Below, one piece after another: positions 30,258 to 40,116 of a DNA stretch of 46,829 nucleotides. The notes under the pieces were generated by a model. That model saw only the letters and a program-made list of their open reading frames with translations, was not told where the DNA came from and did not search any database. Position numbers and translations under genes: made by a program. The DNA lies in NCBI GenBank assembly GCA_007130845.1, contig SLRP01000009.1, positions 1-46,829 on the forward strand. The letters are read 5' to 3'. Positions within the stretch are counted from its first letter, which is position 1. Every line of letters starts with the position of its first letter. The stretch comes from Kiritimatiellia bacterium (GTDB lineage: Bacteria > Verrucomicrobiota > Kiritimatiellia > SLAD01).

Positions 30258-30503
30258 TTGAATATAAACTACATGGAAGCAGCCAAAGAGCGGATACCGA
30301 ATATACCCCTCTTGATTAATATCGTTGCGCGCAGGGTGCGCCAGTTGAATCGCGGTGAAAGGCCCCTTGTAAGGCCTGATGACTCCAGGATGTCCCATAT
30401 GGACCTGGCGCTCAAGGAGATCGGAGAAGGCAAGCTTACCGCAGAGATGAAGTTCAAAGCGCCGGCCGATGCTCCGGCTCATGATAACGTCATCAGCCTG
30501 TAA
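30258..30503 (+). CDS. rpoZ: DNA-directed RNA polymerase subunit omega
   Basis: IPNIPLLINIVARRVRQLNRGERPLV...MDLALKEIGEGKL matches the omega pattern. TTG start 5 nt after GGAGGAG; an alternative ATG is at 30273. Confidence 0.75.
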   Translation: MNINYMEAAKERIPNIPLLINIVARRVRQLNRGERPLVRPDDSRMSHMDLALKEIGEGKLTAEMKFKAPADAPAHDNVISL

Positions 30504-30523
30504 AGGAAACGGTTTCCCGGCAC

Positions 30524-31012
30524 ATGAATGCCGAAACGAAACATGGCGCGCCCGCCGGCGTAAGACAAATCGCAAGCAATCGTAAGGCGCGGCGTGATTT
30601 TCATGTTTTGGAAAAACTGGAGGCCGGCATGGAGCTTCGGGGCACCGAAGTGAAATCGATTCGTGCTGGAAAAGTAAGCTTGGATGAAGCCTTTGCGAGA
30701 ATTGAAGATGGTCAGGTCTTTCTCTACGGCATGCACGTCCAGCCTTACGAACACGGTAATGTGCATAATCATGATCCCGTTCGTCCGCGGCGCATGCTGC
30801 TGCACAGCCGTGAAATTCACCGCCTGCTCGGGCAAACGACCGCCAAGGGTAATACACTAGTACCCCTGCGCCTGTATCTTCGCCGGGGTGTGGTAAAGGT
30901 TGAGCTTGGCCTTTGCCGCGGCAAACAGCGCGCTGATAAGAGGGAAGACCTGAAGCGCCGTACAGCCGATCGCGAGGCGGAACGCGCCATTGCCGCCCGG
31001 ATCCGCAGATGA
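30524..31012 (+). CDS. smpB: SsrA-binding protein SmpB
   Basis: IASNRKARRDFHVLEKLEAGMELRGTEVKSIRAGKVSL...LYGMHVQPYEHGN and a basic C-terminal tail. Confidence 0.95.
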   Translation: MNAETKHGAPAGVRQIASNRKARRDFHVLEKLEAGMELRGTEVKSIRAGKVSLDEAFARIEDGQVFLYGMHVQPYEHGNVHNHDPVRPRRMLLHSREIHRLLGQTTAKGNTLVPLRLYLRRGVVKVELGLCRGKQRADKREDLKRRTADREAERAIAARIRR

Positions 31013-31014
31013 TG

Positions 31015-31914
31015 TTACATGCGGTTTTGCCGTGTTTCCCATTCTCCCTTTTCGGAATGACGGTTATGCGGCGAAAGTCTGTTGGCAAGTCCCGCCCAGG
31101 ATGAGATGGAAATGTCTTCAGGGCGTTTTTCCGGTGAAATAGACTCGGCATCCAAAGCCGATTGAATATCCGCAGGGCGGATGCACAGATCATTCGACAT
31201 GGAACGCAGTATGTGCCCCACCTGCTTGCGGCGCCGTGAAAAGCACAGTTTAAGCAGTAGATACATGAAATCCCTGTCCGATACCTGAGCCACGGGCTCT
31301 TCACGTCGTCGAAACGTCAGGATGGCCGAACGGACATCAGGAGGAGGATGGAAACAGGTCCGATTCACGGTTTTAGTCAACTCGATTTCATAGTCCAGCT
31401 GGATGCGTATAGTCAGCAGTCCGTAATCCCTTGTTCCGGGTTTTGCGCATAAACGCCGCGCCACATCCAGCTGAAGCATCAGGATCATTGTTTCCGGGCG
31501 TGCGGCAAACTCCGTTACTTCCACCAGCAGCCGGCTTCCAACACTGTACGGAAGATTGGCCACGATTTTGGATATTCCCCGTTTAAGAAGAGATTCCAAA
31601 TCATAATCCAGGGCATCCCCTTCAAGCAGTTCGAAATTGCGCGCATCGATGAACCTGCTTCTGAGATAGGAACAGAGCGCCGCATCTTTCTCGATGGCAA
31701 TAACCCGGTATGCCGCTTCCAGCATGGGCTCCGTCAAAACGCCGAGTCCCGGTCCGATTTCCAGAACCGTGTCGCCGGGCTCCAGACCGGCCGACCTGAG
31801 AATTATCCCAAGGATGTTTTCGTCGCAAAGGAAGTTTTGTCCCAGGTACCTGCTTGGGCGCATGCCCAGTTCTCCAAGAATGGTGCGCACGTCGCTTGGA
31901 CGAGTGAGTTTCAT
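31015..31914 (-). CDS. rsmA: 16S rRNA (adenine1518/1519-N6)-dimethyltransferase
   Basis: LGQNFL and the SAM motif VLEIGPGLGVLTE. The ATG overlaps the pdxA TGA as ATGA (31914-31911); an alternative ATG is at 31926. Confidence 0.9.
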   Translation of the reverse strand: MKLTRPSDVRTILGELGMRPSRYLGQNFLCDENILGIILRSAGLEPGDTVLEIGPGLGVLTEPMLEAAYRVIAIEKDAALCSYLRSRFIDARNFELLEGDALDYDLESLLKRGISKIVANLPYSVGSRLLVEVTEFAARPETMILMLQLDVARRLCAKPGTRDYGLLTIRIQLDYEIELTKTVNRTCFHPPPDVRSAILTFRRREEPVAQVSDRDFMYLLLKLCFSRRRKQVGHILRSMSNDLCIRPADIQSALDAESISPEKRPEDISISSWAGLANRLSPHNRHSEKGEWETRQNRM

Positions 31915-32939
31915 GCTCCGGCCCATGGATTGCAGCGCGGTGCCAGCCGGCCTGCCAAACGAATGGCGGCAATCATGCTTGATGGATTGGCCGTGTCGCT
32001 GCCTGCTATATCAAATCCCGTGCCGTGATCGGGAGATGTCCGCACAAAAGGAAGTCCCAGTGTAAGATTTACTCCGTTTTCAAATGCCAGAAGCTTGAAT
32101 GGGGCAAGGCCTTGATCATGATACATCGCAACTACGGCATTGTACCGGCCATGCAGAGCCTGATTGAACACAGTGTCCGCTGGAAACGGTCCATACGCCT
32201 TAATGCCTGCGTTCTGCAAACTTCGTATTACAGGATCAATAATCTCGATTTCCTCGTTTCCAAGTGTGCCTCCGTCCCCCGCGTGAGGATTCAGGCCGCA
32301 TACCGCAATATGACCGCGTTTTTCTCCAATCCAAGGCATGGCTTCCGAAGTCAGTTCTATGGCTTCACAAACCAGGGAACGGGTCAATGACCGGGCAACA
32401 TCCTTCAGCGGCATGTGCCTGGTAACAATGACAACACGAAGCCTGTCATTCAACAGCATCATTGCGAAACGCCTGCGTCCCGCAAGCTCTGCCAGAAGCT
32501 CCGTGTGTCCCGGATAGTGCAGTCCTGCCTTATGAAACCCCTCTTTGCTTATGGGAGCAGTTACGATCGCCTGCAGTATGCCGGTGCGCCAGGCGTCCAC
32601 TGAAGCCCGTATCCACGCCGAGGCGCATCGGGAAGCAACCTCCTCAATTCGGCCCGGCTTCCAGGAGAGTTTCTCGCCGGGTTCAGGATCCCAAACCACT
32701 ACCTTGCGACTGGCCGCTTTACCTTCATCAGGATGCCACTTCAACGGGACCGGAAATCCGAAATGGCGGGCCTGGTCCGAGAGTACGTCGGCATTGCCGA
32801 TCAGGATGAACCTGTAGGCTGGAGGCCATCGGCTTCCATATACCGCTTTCAGGACTGTTTCCGCACCGATACCATTGACGTCGCCGAGTGTGATACCTAT
32901 GCGGATGCGTTTTGTGGACTGCTTGATCATTGGATGCAC
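31911..32939 (-). CDS. pdxA: 4-hydroxythreonine-4-phosphate dehydrogenase
   Basis: IGITLGDVNGIGAE, GLNPHAGDGG, VRTSPDHGTGFDIAG. Confidence 0.92.
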   Translation of the reverse strand: MHPMIKQSTKRIRIGITLGDVNGIGAETVLKAVYGSRWPPAYRFILIGNADVLSDQARHFGFPVPLKWHPDEGKAASRKVVVWDPEPGEKLSWKPGRIEEVASRCASAWIRASVDAWRTGILQAIVTAPISKEGFHKAGLHYPGHTELLAELAGRRRFAMMLLNDRLRVVIVTRHMPLKDVARSLTRSLVCEAIELTSEAMPWIGEKRGHIAVCGLNPHAGDGGTLGNEEIEIIDPVIRSLQNAGIKAYGPFPADTVFNQALHGRYNAVVAMYHDQGLAPFKLLAFENGVNLTLGLPFVRTSPDHGTGFDIAGSDTANPSSMIAAIRLAGRLAPRCNPWAGA

Positions 32940-32984
32940 GGAACCATGGGGCCACCCTGCGCCCCGGGACGACCCTTTCCGAAA

Positions 32985-33983
32985 TCAAAGTCGGCGCTCT
33001 TCCTGAGGGGGCTGGAATCTGCGGACAAAATGTTTCTGTTTCAAACGGTTTATCCATTCCTGATAGAGGCGTTCCTCTTCGGCCCTGCGCAGTTCCCTGT
33101 ACAATTCCTCCTGGACTTCCTCAAGCGGCACCACCGATTTATCGCGTCGGTCCTCAACTCGTAGTATGTAGAAGGCGTCTCCGGTTTCCACCAATCCGCT
33201 TGTGTGTCCGGGTTCGAGATCCGCTGCCGCTTCCGCCAGTTCCGTACGAAGAATATCCGGAGTTATCCAGCCCCAGTCGCCGCCCCGGGCCGCCCGTGAT
33301 CCCTCGGAGTACTCGGCAGCCAGCCCGGGAAAATCATTACCTTCACGCAGCTTTTCAATAGCGGATTCCGCCTTCAACCTCTTTCCGTTATTTCCTTTAT
33401 CCTCGTCATCCTTGTTTATGACAATCATGCGCAGATGAATTTCCTCGGGCTTCCTGAACTCATCAATCCTTTCCATGTATGTCCTTCGTACGGAGCCCGG
33501 TGAGATGGCAATGTGGCTGAGAACCGCTTCACGCCGCAAGAGCATGACGACGAGTCGTTCCCTCATTTCCTTGCGGAAATCTTCCAGAGTTATGCCTTCC
33601 TCTGCCATGGCCTGCATGAAGGCGGAGCGATTGTTGTTGAAGCGCTCTGCAACCAGATCCTTGATGTGGTCATCCACCAGGGCGTCCGGTATATGTGCTT
33701 CACTCTGCTCAAATTCTTCAAGGATCAGCGCCCTCTCAATAAGTTCGTCTAGTATAGCCTGATAGGCCTGCTCCAGCCGCTCAGCAAGCTCTCTGCCATG
33801 ATAAGCGGTACGCAGTCTCTCTTCCATGGGTTGCAGGGCTCCAAGGACTTCGCTTACTGTGATTATTCTCTGATTAACCACCGCCGCATATCCATCAACA
33901 GGTATGGATTGAGAACGGGCGTCAACAGAGATTGCTGCTGCCAACCCCGCTAAAAAAATCAATATAATGTTTTTTGCCGACAT
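32985..33983 (-). CDS. surA: SurA-like periplasmic chaperone / parvulin-type peptidyl-prolyl isomerase
   Basis: Signal peptide MSAKNIILIFLAGLAAAISVDA, a SurA N-terminal-type helical domain, and one parvulin domain (HLRMIVI...GGDWGWITP...). It sits in the classical surA-pdxA-rsmA gene order. Confidence 0.75.
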   Translation of the reverse strand: MSAKNIILIFLAGLAAAISVDARSQSIPVDGYAAVVNQRIITVSEVLGALQPMEERLRTAYHGRELAERLEQAYQAILDELIERALILEEFEQSEAHIPDALVDDHIKDLVAERFNNNRSAFMQAMAEEGITLEDFRKEMRERLVVMLLRREAVLSHIAISPGSVRRTYMERIDEFRKPEEIHLRMIVINKDDEDKGNNGKRLKAESAIEKLREGNDFPGLAAEYSEGSRAARGGDWGWITPDILRTELAEAAADLEPGHTSGLVETGDAFYILRVEDRRDKSVVPLEEVQEELYRELRRAEEERLYQEWINRLKQKHFVRRFQPPQEERRL

Positions 33984-34231
33984 GGGATCACAATGTAATT
34001 GGTTGAAGCGACGGGACAGTATCACACAGATTAATGATTTTCGCAACGGCGTTGCGCTTCGAGCCTCAGGAAAGTAATCCAGAGGGCTTAAAAGCTCTTA
34101 AATCACACGTTTACACGCCGGTCATGGGATGGCTTGGTCGGCCCTCGAACCGTGATGTTTCACGGGAAAAACTCCATTTTTATCGGTTTTAAGTATATGC
34201 CGGATACCTGTTCTCAGGTTGTTTTTGACCT

Positions 34232-35185
34232 TCAGGGTTCCAGCAGAATCTTCAGCACGCCGCGCCGCCCGGCATGTTCGAAGGCGGCTTCGGCCTCGTC
34301 CAGCGGGTATCGGGCGTCAATCAGGCGGTTCAGAGGGAGGTCTCTCTTTGTTATCATCTCCAAGCCGTCCTTGAACCTGCCACAACGAGATCCGACGAGT
34401 GTTATTTCGTTAATGACGGCGGGAGCCAGGTTCAGTTCACCCCCTGCGGCTACGGTTGATTTCAATACGACCACGCCGCGCGGACGGCAAAGACGTAACG
34501 CCTGTGCCAGGCCGTTTTCGGAACCGGTTGCCTCTACCACGATGTCTGCGGATGCATCCGGCTGTTTCTCCGAGGATGGACTGGTATTCAATCCCCCCCA
34601 CCGGGCGCGTTCGAGCTTGGACTCGTGGCGGCCGACCAGGGTGACGTCGTTTGATACTGTGCACAGCGCCCATGCGCAGAGAATGCCGAGCTTTCCGTCT
34701 CCCAGCACGATACAGCGGTCCTTCTTGCCCACGTCAACCTGTTCGAGTATTTCACATGCGGCCGAAACCGGCTCGGTAAATACTGCGCGGTCATCGGGCA
34801 GATTATCCGGAACAGTGCACAAGTTGGCTGTCGGCAGTGCGCAGTATTCCGCCATGCAGCCGTCGTGATTCATTATACCCAGCACTGTTCGATCCGGGCA
34901 ATGGCGTCCCATATCCACGGCGCACCACTCGCATTCTCGACAGGCGGCGTTGATCTCTCCCACCACGCGCCTGCCGACCCACTCCTTATCGCCGCAATCC
35001 TCCACGGTTCCCGCGAATTCGTGTCCCAGAGCCCCTTTGAATCCCATGTAGCCCTTTGTCAGTTCAAGGTCAGTGCGGCAGATGCCGGCACTGTTAATGC
35101 GGATCTTCGCCCATCCCGGACGAATTCCCGGCTCTGGATACGACCTTTCCAAATGCAGTTTTCCGTCAAATACAAGCGCTTTCAT
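34232..35185 (-). CDS. Zinc-dependent medium-chain alcohol dehydrogenase family protein
   Basis: GICRTDLELTKG and GHEFAGTV zinc motifs, a structural-zinc Cys cluster (CRECEWC), and a Rossmann region VLGDGKLG. Confidence 0.85.
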   Translation of the reverse strand: MKALVFDGKLHLERSYPEPGIRPGWAKIRINSAGICRTDLELTKGYMGFKGALGHEFAGTVEDCGDKEWVGRRVVGEINAACRECEWCAVDMGRHCPDRTVLGIMNHDGCMAEYCALPTANLCTVPDNLPDDRAVFTEPVSAACEILEQVDVGKKDRCIVLGDGKLGILCAWALCTVSNDVTLVGRHESKLERARWGGLNTSPSSEKQPDASADIVVEATGSENGLAQALRLCRPRGVVVLKSTVAAGGELNLAPAVINEITLVGSRCGRFKDGLEMITKRDLPLNRLIDARYPLDEAEAAFEHAGRRGVLKILLEP

Positions 35186-35330
35186 GGGATTCATCATAGC
35201 TTGGAAAATGAAACAAGGACAAGTATGGAATTGTTTCCCACACTTGGAAAAAACTCATTCCTGCCGGCAAGGCCCGGCAGGAACTGCCGGTTGCCGGGAA
35301 TTGATCGGGAGGCTTTTTATCTTTTTCCTC

Positions 35331-35358
35331 TTGCGTCAATGCGGATGGGTGTTATATT
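35331..35358 (+). promoter_or_regulatory. Candidate sigma70 promoter for rpsB-tsf (TTGCGT-16 nt-TATATT)
   Basis: Hexamers at 35331-35336 and 35353-35358. This would give a leader of about 140 nt before the rpsB ATG. Confidence 0.35.
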
Positions 35359-35505
35359 CACCCCTCTTAAACGGGTCCCGGGCCGGTTTTATTAAACGGG
35401 TGACGGGGCGGAAGCGAGTATCCTTCTTGCCTCAGAAGGATCAAAGCGGATTTTCCCGACAAGCCGTAACATACGGCGTATTAGGGAATATTACATGGAG
35501 GTAAT

Positions 35506-36576
35506 ATGGCAGTTACAGGTGAAGTCCATTCGGACATAGGCGTACGCGACCTGCTTGAAGCAGGTCTGCACTTCGGACATCAGACCAAACGGTGGAATCC
35601 CAAGATGAAGCGCTTCATCTTCGATGAGCGCAACGGGATATACATAATCGACCTGGCCAAGAGCCTTGCGCATCTAAAACAGGCCCAGCAATTCCTTTAC
35701 GATACGGTAGTGCGCGGAAGAAAGGTGCTGTTTGTAGGAACCAAGAAGCAGGCCCAGGAACCCCTTCGCGAGGCCGCGGAGCGATTGAATCAGTTTTATG
35801 TAACGCACCGCTGGCTTGGAGGAATGTTGACCAATCTTACCACGGTGCGTCACAGCGTCGCGCGTATGCGCGAACTCGAGAAGTTGCTTGAAGAGGACAG
35901 CTCGGCCCGACCCACATCCAAGAAGGAAGAGGCGCGGCTGAGACGGGAATATCAGAAGCTGCACCGTAATCTATCAGGTGTTGCGGATATGGAGCAGGCG
36001 CCAGGCGCAATGTTTGTGGTGGATATAAACCGCGAGTCGATAGCAGTGGCTGAAGCCAATCGTCTGGGCATACCGGTAGTCGCTCTTGTTGATACCAACT
36101 GCGACCCGGATCCTGTAGATTACCCCATTCCCGGCAACGATGACGCAATTCGCGCAATACGGCTGATTGTAAAGATCGTGGCCGACACCATACAGCAGGC
36201 ATCCAACGAGTACGCCAGAATCGCCGCCGAAGAGTCGCGACGCCGGCAGATCGAGGAGGCTGAAAAGGCGGCCAAGGCAAAGGCGGCGGAGGAAGAACGC
36301 AAGGCGCGTGAAAAGGAGCGAAAGGCCAAAGAGGCCGAAGCAAGAAAGCAGGAACAGGCCCGCCTTGCCGAAGCCAAAGCCAAGGAAAAGCAGCGCCAGA
36401 CAGAGGAAGCGGAAAAGGTGCGCAGCCAGGCCGCTGTAGACAAGCAGGCGGCCGGCGAGGAGAAACCGGCGGCACCCGCACAGGAACCTGCTCCGGCACA
36501 GTCAACGTCATCTTCCGAAGCGCAGGATGAAAAAGACGAGGGAAAAAGTCCGGCGGAAGATAATAAGGATAACTGA
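35506..36576 (+). CDS. rpsB: 30S ribosomal protein S2 with a long charged C-terminal extension
   Basis: [19 protein letters not shown] and [11 protein letters not shown] conserved core (about 240 aa), plus a 116-aa Ala/Glu/Lys-rich tail. Confidence 0.95.
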   Translation: MAVTGEVHSDIGVRDLLEAGLHFGHQTKRWNPKMKRFIFDERNGIYIIDLAKSLAHLKQAQQFLYDTVVRGRKVLFVGTKKQAQEPLREAAERLNQFYVTHRWLGGMLTNLTTVRHSVARMRELEKLLEEDSSARPTSKKEEARLRREYQKLHRNLSGVADMEQAPGAMFVVDINRESIAVAEANRLGIPVVALVDTNCDPDPVDYPIPGNDDAIRAIRLIVKIVADTIQQASNEYARIAAEESRRRQIEEAEKAAKAKAAEEERKAREKERKAKEAEARKQEQARLAEAKAKEKQRQTEEAEKVRSQAAVDKQAAGEEKPAAPAQEPAPAQSTSSSEAQDEKDEGKSPAEDNKDN

Positions 36577-36713
36577 GGAACAGGTTCCGGTTGATCTTCC
36601 CTGAATGCAGGAGTGGTCATTGATTTATCGGGAGTTGCTCAACCGGAACTTTCATTAATCCGGCAAGCCGCGACTCTTCAATAATAACTTATTACATATC
36701 AAGGAGACGGGAC

Positions 36714-37553
36714 ATGGCTAATATTACAGCAACACAGGTCAAGGAACTCAGGGATGCCACGAATGTGAGCATGATGGAATGCAAGAAAGCTCTGGTCGAA
36801 TCCGGAGGCGACAAGGATGCTGCTATCCGAATGCTTCGTGAGCGCGGTCTCGCAATAGCCGGTAAGAAAGCTGAACGTGTTGCCAAAGAAGGTATAGTGG
36901 CTGCAGATGTTACGGATGGAGGCAAAACCGGCGTCATAATCGAAGTGAACTGTGAAACGGATTTTGTGTCCCGCAACGAGGTATTTCAGTCATTCGTAAA
37001 GGATCTGCTGGTCAGGGCCAGGGATGTCGGAGACAACGAGCTGGCTGACGCTGTCAAGGATGAGGTGGTCGCAAAGGTTGCGGAAATAGGCGAAAACATC
37101 ATTGTCAGGCGCAATGCCAAATACGAGGTGCAGGGAAACGGGCTCATCGCCAGCTACATACATCTTGGCGGAAAGATGGGGGTGCTTCTGGAGGTGGGCT
37201 GTGAGAAGGACGACACCGCTGCACGTGAGGATTTCCGGGAGCTCGTGAAGGATATAGCCCTTCATATTGCTGCTTGCAACCCTTCATACCTTAAGAGGGC
37301 AGAGGTCCCTGAGGACTTGATTCAATCCGAGCGCGAAATATTCGCTAAACAGGTTGAAGGAAAACCGGCAAATATTATTGATAAGATAGTCGAAGGCAAG
37401 CTGGAGAAATATTTCGGACAGATCTGTCTCCTGGAGCAGGGTTTTGTAAAAAATCCGGACCAGACCGTAACGCAATTAATCGAAGAGAAGGGCAAATCAA
37501 TCGGCGACACCGTCGGTATTCGCAGATATGTCAGATTTCAAATCGGTGCGTGA
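36714..37553 (+). CDS. tsf: Translation elongation factor Ts
   Basis: ITATQVKELRDATNVSMMECKKALVESGGDKDAAIRMLRERG (UBA-like N-terminus), located downstream of rpsB. Confidence 0.95.
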   Translation: MANITATQVKELRDATNVSMMECKKALVESGGDKDAAIRMLRERGLAIAGKKAERVAKEGIVAADVTDGGKTGVIIEVNCETDFVSRNEVFQSFVKDLLVRARDVGDNELADAVKDEVVAKVAEIGENIIVRRNAKYEVQGNGLIASYIHLGGKMGVLLEVGCEKDDTAAREDFRELVKDIALHIAACNPSYLKRAEVPEDLIQSEREIFAKQVEGKPANIIDKIVEGKLEKYFGQICLLEQGFVKNPDQTVTQLIEEKGKSIGDTVGIRRYVRFQIGA

Positions 37554-37741
37554 TCCGGCGCAGCCGACTGACTGGCGGGAGGACAGCCCGGGGTCAGACG
37601 CTTTCCGTGCGGTCTTGACCTGTTGCCGGGCAATCGCCCCCCGGTTTGAATCCTTGCCGGGACTTTGTTTAATGGCGTGAGCTGAATGAGGCCGTAATTT
37701 TTTTTCTTTTATTTTTCCGGTATATTCGTTAAAGGGGTGAT

Positions 37742-39106
37742 ATGGAATTTGTTTCCATCAACCCGGCTAACGGAGAACGTATAGCAACATATGAAGAGAT
37801 GCCCGTTGATGCGGTATCCGATGTGTTGCGGAAAATGCACGGCGCGTTTCTTGAAGGACGCGAAAAACCAATTGGTGACAGATCCGACGCCTTCCACAGA
37901 CTCTCGGTAATTCTGAAAGAGCGCAAGAACGGCCTGGCTCTTCTTATGGCGCAGGAGATGGGCAAACCCCTGGACCAGGGAAGGGCCGAGATAGATAAAT
38001 GTGCCTGGTTGAGCGAATATTACGCCGATTTTGCGGAAACCTTTCTGCAGACCGAGCCCATGGAAGCCGGCGGCTCCAAGAGTTACATCATGTATCAGCC
38101 GCTGGGCGTAATACTTGCCGTCATGCCCTGGAACTTTCCTTTCTGGCAGGTATTCAGATCCGGTGTATCGGCGATCATGGCTGGGAACACGATCCTTTTG
38201 AAGCATGCGCCAAGTGTATGTGGTTGTGCAATGGCTATTGAGGATTTATTCAATGCCGCGGATTTTCCAGTGCCGGTGCTGCGTTCGCTGATCGTGGATG
38301 TCGAGCGTGTTCCCGGGATAATTGATGATCCCAGGGTAGCGGCGGTCACGCTTACCGGCAGTCCGAAAGCAGGCAGCGCAGTCGCAGCACGCGCGGGTGC
38401 ATCTTTAAAGAAATGCATACTCGAGCTTGGCGGAAGCGATTCGTATCTGGTGCTGGAGGACGCGGATGTGAAGGCCGCGGCAGAGATCTGTGTTTCATCC
38501 AGGTTGATAAACAGCGGACAGAGCTGTATAGCCGCCAAGCGTTTCATCGTGGTCGATCCTGTTCGCGAAAAGTTCGAGTCGTTGTTTGTTGAGAAAATGA
38601 GGTCCAGGAATATGGGTGACCCGGTGGGAGACGACATTGACCTGGGACCGATAGCGCGCCGGGATTTAAGGGATGCCCTGCACGACCAGGTCGTACGAAG
38701 CGTTGATCAGGGAGCGCGTCTTCTTCTGGGCGGAGAGATCCCGGAAGGAAAGGGTTTTTTTTATCCGCCCACGGTTCTGACGGATGTCCGGAAGGGGCAG
38801 CCTGTATTCGATGAAGAGACATTCGGTCCGGTCGGGGCAATTATTCCTGCGGCAGACGAGGATGAAGCCGTCCGCCTGGCGAACGATTCACCATACGGAC
38901 TGGGGGCGGCGGTATTTACCAAAAACGCCCTGCACGGTGAAGAAGTAGCCTCGCGGCTTGATGTAGGCAATGTGTATGTAAACGATTTCGTCAAGTCGGA
39001 TCCCCGCCTGCCCTTCGGCGGAATCAAGAAATCCGGACATGGAAGGGAATTGTCCGTAACAGGGATACGTGAGTTAGTCAATGTGAAGAGTGTATGGGTG
39101 AAATGA
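37742..39106 (+). CDS. NAD(P)+-dependent aldehyde dehydrogenase (succinate-semialdehyde dehydrogenase-like)
   Basis: MEFVSINPANGE start, FPFWQVFR, catalytic Glu in LELGGSD, catalytic Cys in GQSCIAAKR, 454 aa. Confidence 0.85.
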   Translation: MEFVSINPANGERIATYEEMPVDAVSDVLRKMHGAFLEGREKPIGDRSDAFHRLSVILKERKNGLALLMAQEMGKPLDQGRAEIDKCAWLSEYYADFAETFLQTEPMEAGGSKSYIMYQPLGVILAVMPWNFPFWQVFRSGVSAIMAGNTILLKHAPSVCGCAMAIEDLFNAADFPVPVLRSLIVDVERVPGIIDDPRVAAVTLTGSPKAGSAVAARAGASLKKCILELGGSDSYLVLEDADVKAAAEICVSSRLINSGQSCIAAKRFIVVDPVREKFESLFVEKMRSRNMGDPVGDDIDLGPIARRDLRDALHDQVVRSVDQGARLLLGGEIPEGKGFFYPPTVLTDVRKGQPVFDEETFGPVGAIIPAADEDEAVRLANDSPYGLGAAVFTKNALHGEEVASRLDVGNVYVNDFVKSDPRLPFGGIKKSGHGRELSVTGIRELVNVKSVWVK

Positions 39107-39190
39107 GCGAAAGAGTTCCGCTTGAATAAAATATATGCCCCTACACGCGCACTGGCTCAACCAGGGCATGTTAGGGAAGGGAAGAGTCGT

Positions 39191-39934
39191 TCAATCCACC
39201 ACAGGATCCAGAAAGATCTCGCTGAAGTATAAACTTCCCTCTCCGGGATGGACCTCTATCTTGAGGGTCAAGTTGTCGTTCCTGTGCAACTGAGTGAATA
39301 CCCATGACACCTCTCCCCACTGACCGGGTTCGGCGTTTAACGGACGGGCGGTATAGGTTGACCCTCCGCGTCGCCCATATGCAAATCGGAGAGTAATCGG
39401 GCGAGAGGACCGATAGCTCTTGAAGTCCTCTGAGAGATAGTAGCGTATTTTAAGTTCAGCCACTCTCAGATCAGAAGGCACTCGGAAAGGCTGTTCCACA
39501 TTCAGAATTCTTCTTCGATGCATTTGAACTTCAAGGGCGGGGACCATGCTTCCGTCTTCTTCACGGATTTGCTCTATGAGGCCTGCACCCCTCCAACCTC
39601 CCCGTGAATTCAAGTCGCTGTTTCGCAGCAGGCTCCTTTCAAGGCGCTCTTCCAGATCGGCTTCCTCCTCTGTCAAAGCTTCTGCATCTTCTCTATATGA
39701 GCGAATAAAATCCTGATCGGTCTGACTTAGGTCGGCAATGGAAACCGTAAAACGCCTTCGGTCTATTTCCAGCTCGATATGATCTTGTTGAACTGAAATC
39801 AGCTTCCCTTCAACTTGCACCCCTCCTCGGTCCGTCCAGGTCCGCATCTCTGTCTGCGAGAAAGAATTTGACGGGAGAATAAGGCATACAAGAGGAATGA
39901 GTGAATGTAAGAAGGTATTAATAACCTTGTTCAT
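39191..39934 (-). CDS. Secreted SHD1-domain protein (hypothetical)
   Basis: Signal peptide, then RTWTDRGGVQVEGKLISVQQDHIELEIDRRRFTVSIADLSQTDQDFI, which matches the SLA1-homology-domain-1 pattern. I do not recognise the C-terminal domain. Confidence 0.55.
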   Translation of the reverse strand: MNKVINTFLHSLIPLVCLILPSNSFSQTEMRTWTDRGGVQVEGKLISVQQDHIELEIDRRRFTVSIADLSQTDQDFIRSYREDAEALTEEEADLEERLERSLLRNSDLNSRGGWRGAGLIEQIREEDGSMVPALEVQMHRRRILNVEQPFRVPSDLRVAELKIRYYLSEDFKSYRSSRPITLRFAYGRRGGSTYTARPLNAEPGQWGEVSWVFTQLHRNDNLTLKIEVHPGEGSLYFSEIFLDPVVD

Positions 39935-40116
39935 GTCCTCCCCTCCATGAAGTCAGCAAGCCTTTTATATATTTATGCCTGAACAGGAGTATGACCTCGC
40001 TAGTATGGCAGATTGAAATTTCAGGCAAAACGCTGGCATATCAGACATATATTAGCAATCAAAATTAAGGCATGACCTAGTAACTTAAGGCAGATCGTGA
40101 TCCCCTTTTCCCGTTT

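Noticed and set aside
30228-31304. 358-aa minus-strand ORF spanning rpoZ, smpB and the end of rsmA.
   Set aside because: It overlaps three well-supported genes, and its composition is Arg/Cys/Pro-rich and non-protein-like. It is a shadow ORF.
34134-34868. 244-aa plus-strand ORF opposite the alcohol dehydrogenase gene.
   Set aside because: Ser/Arg/Pro-rich antisense shadow. The minus strand encodes a clear Zn-ADH with all its motifs.
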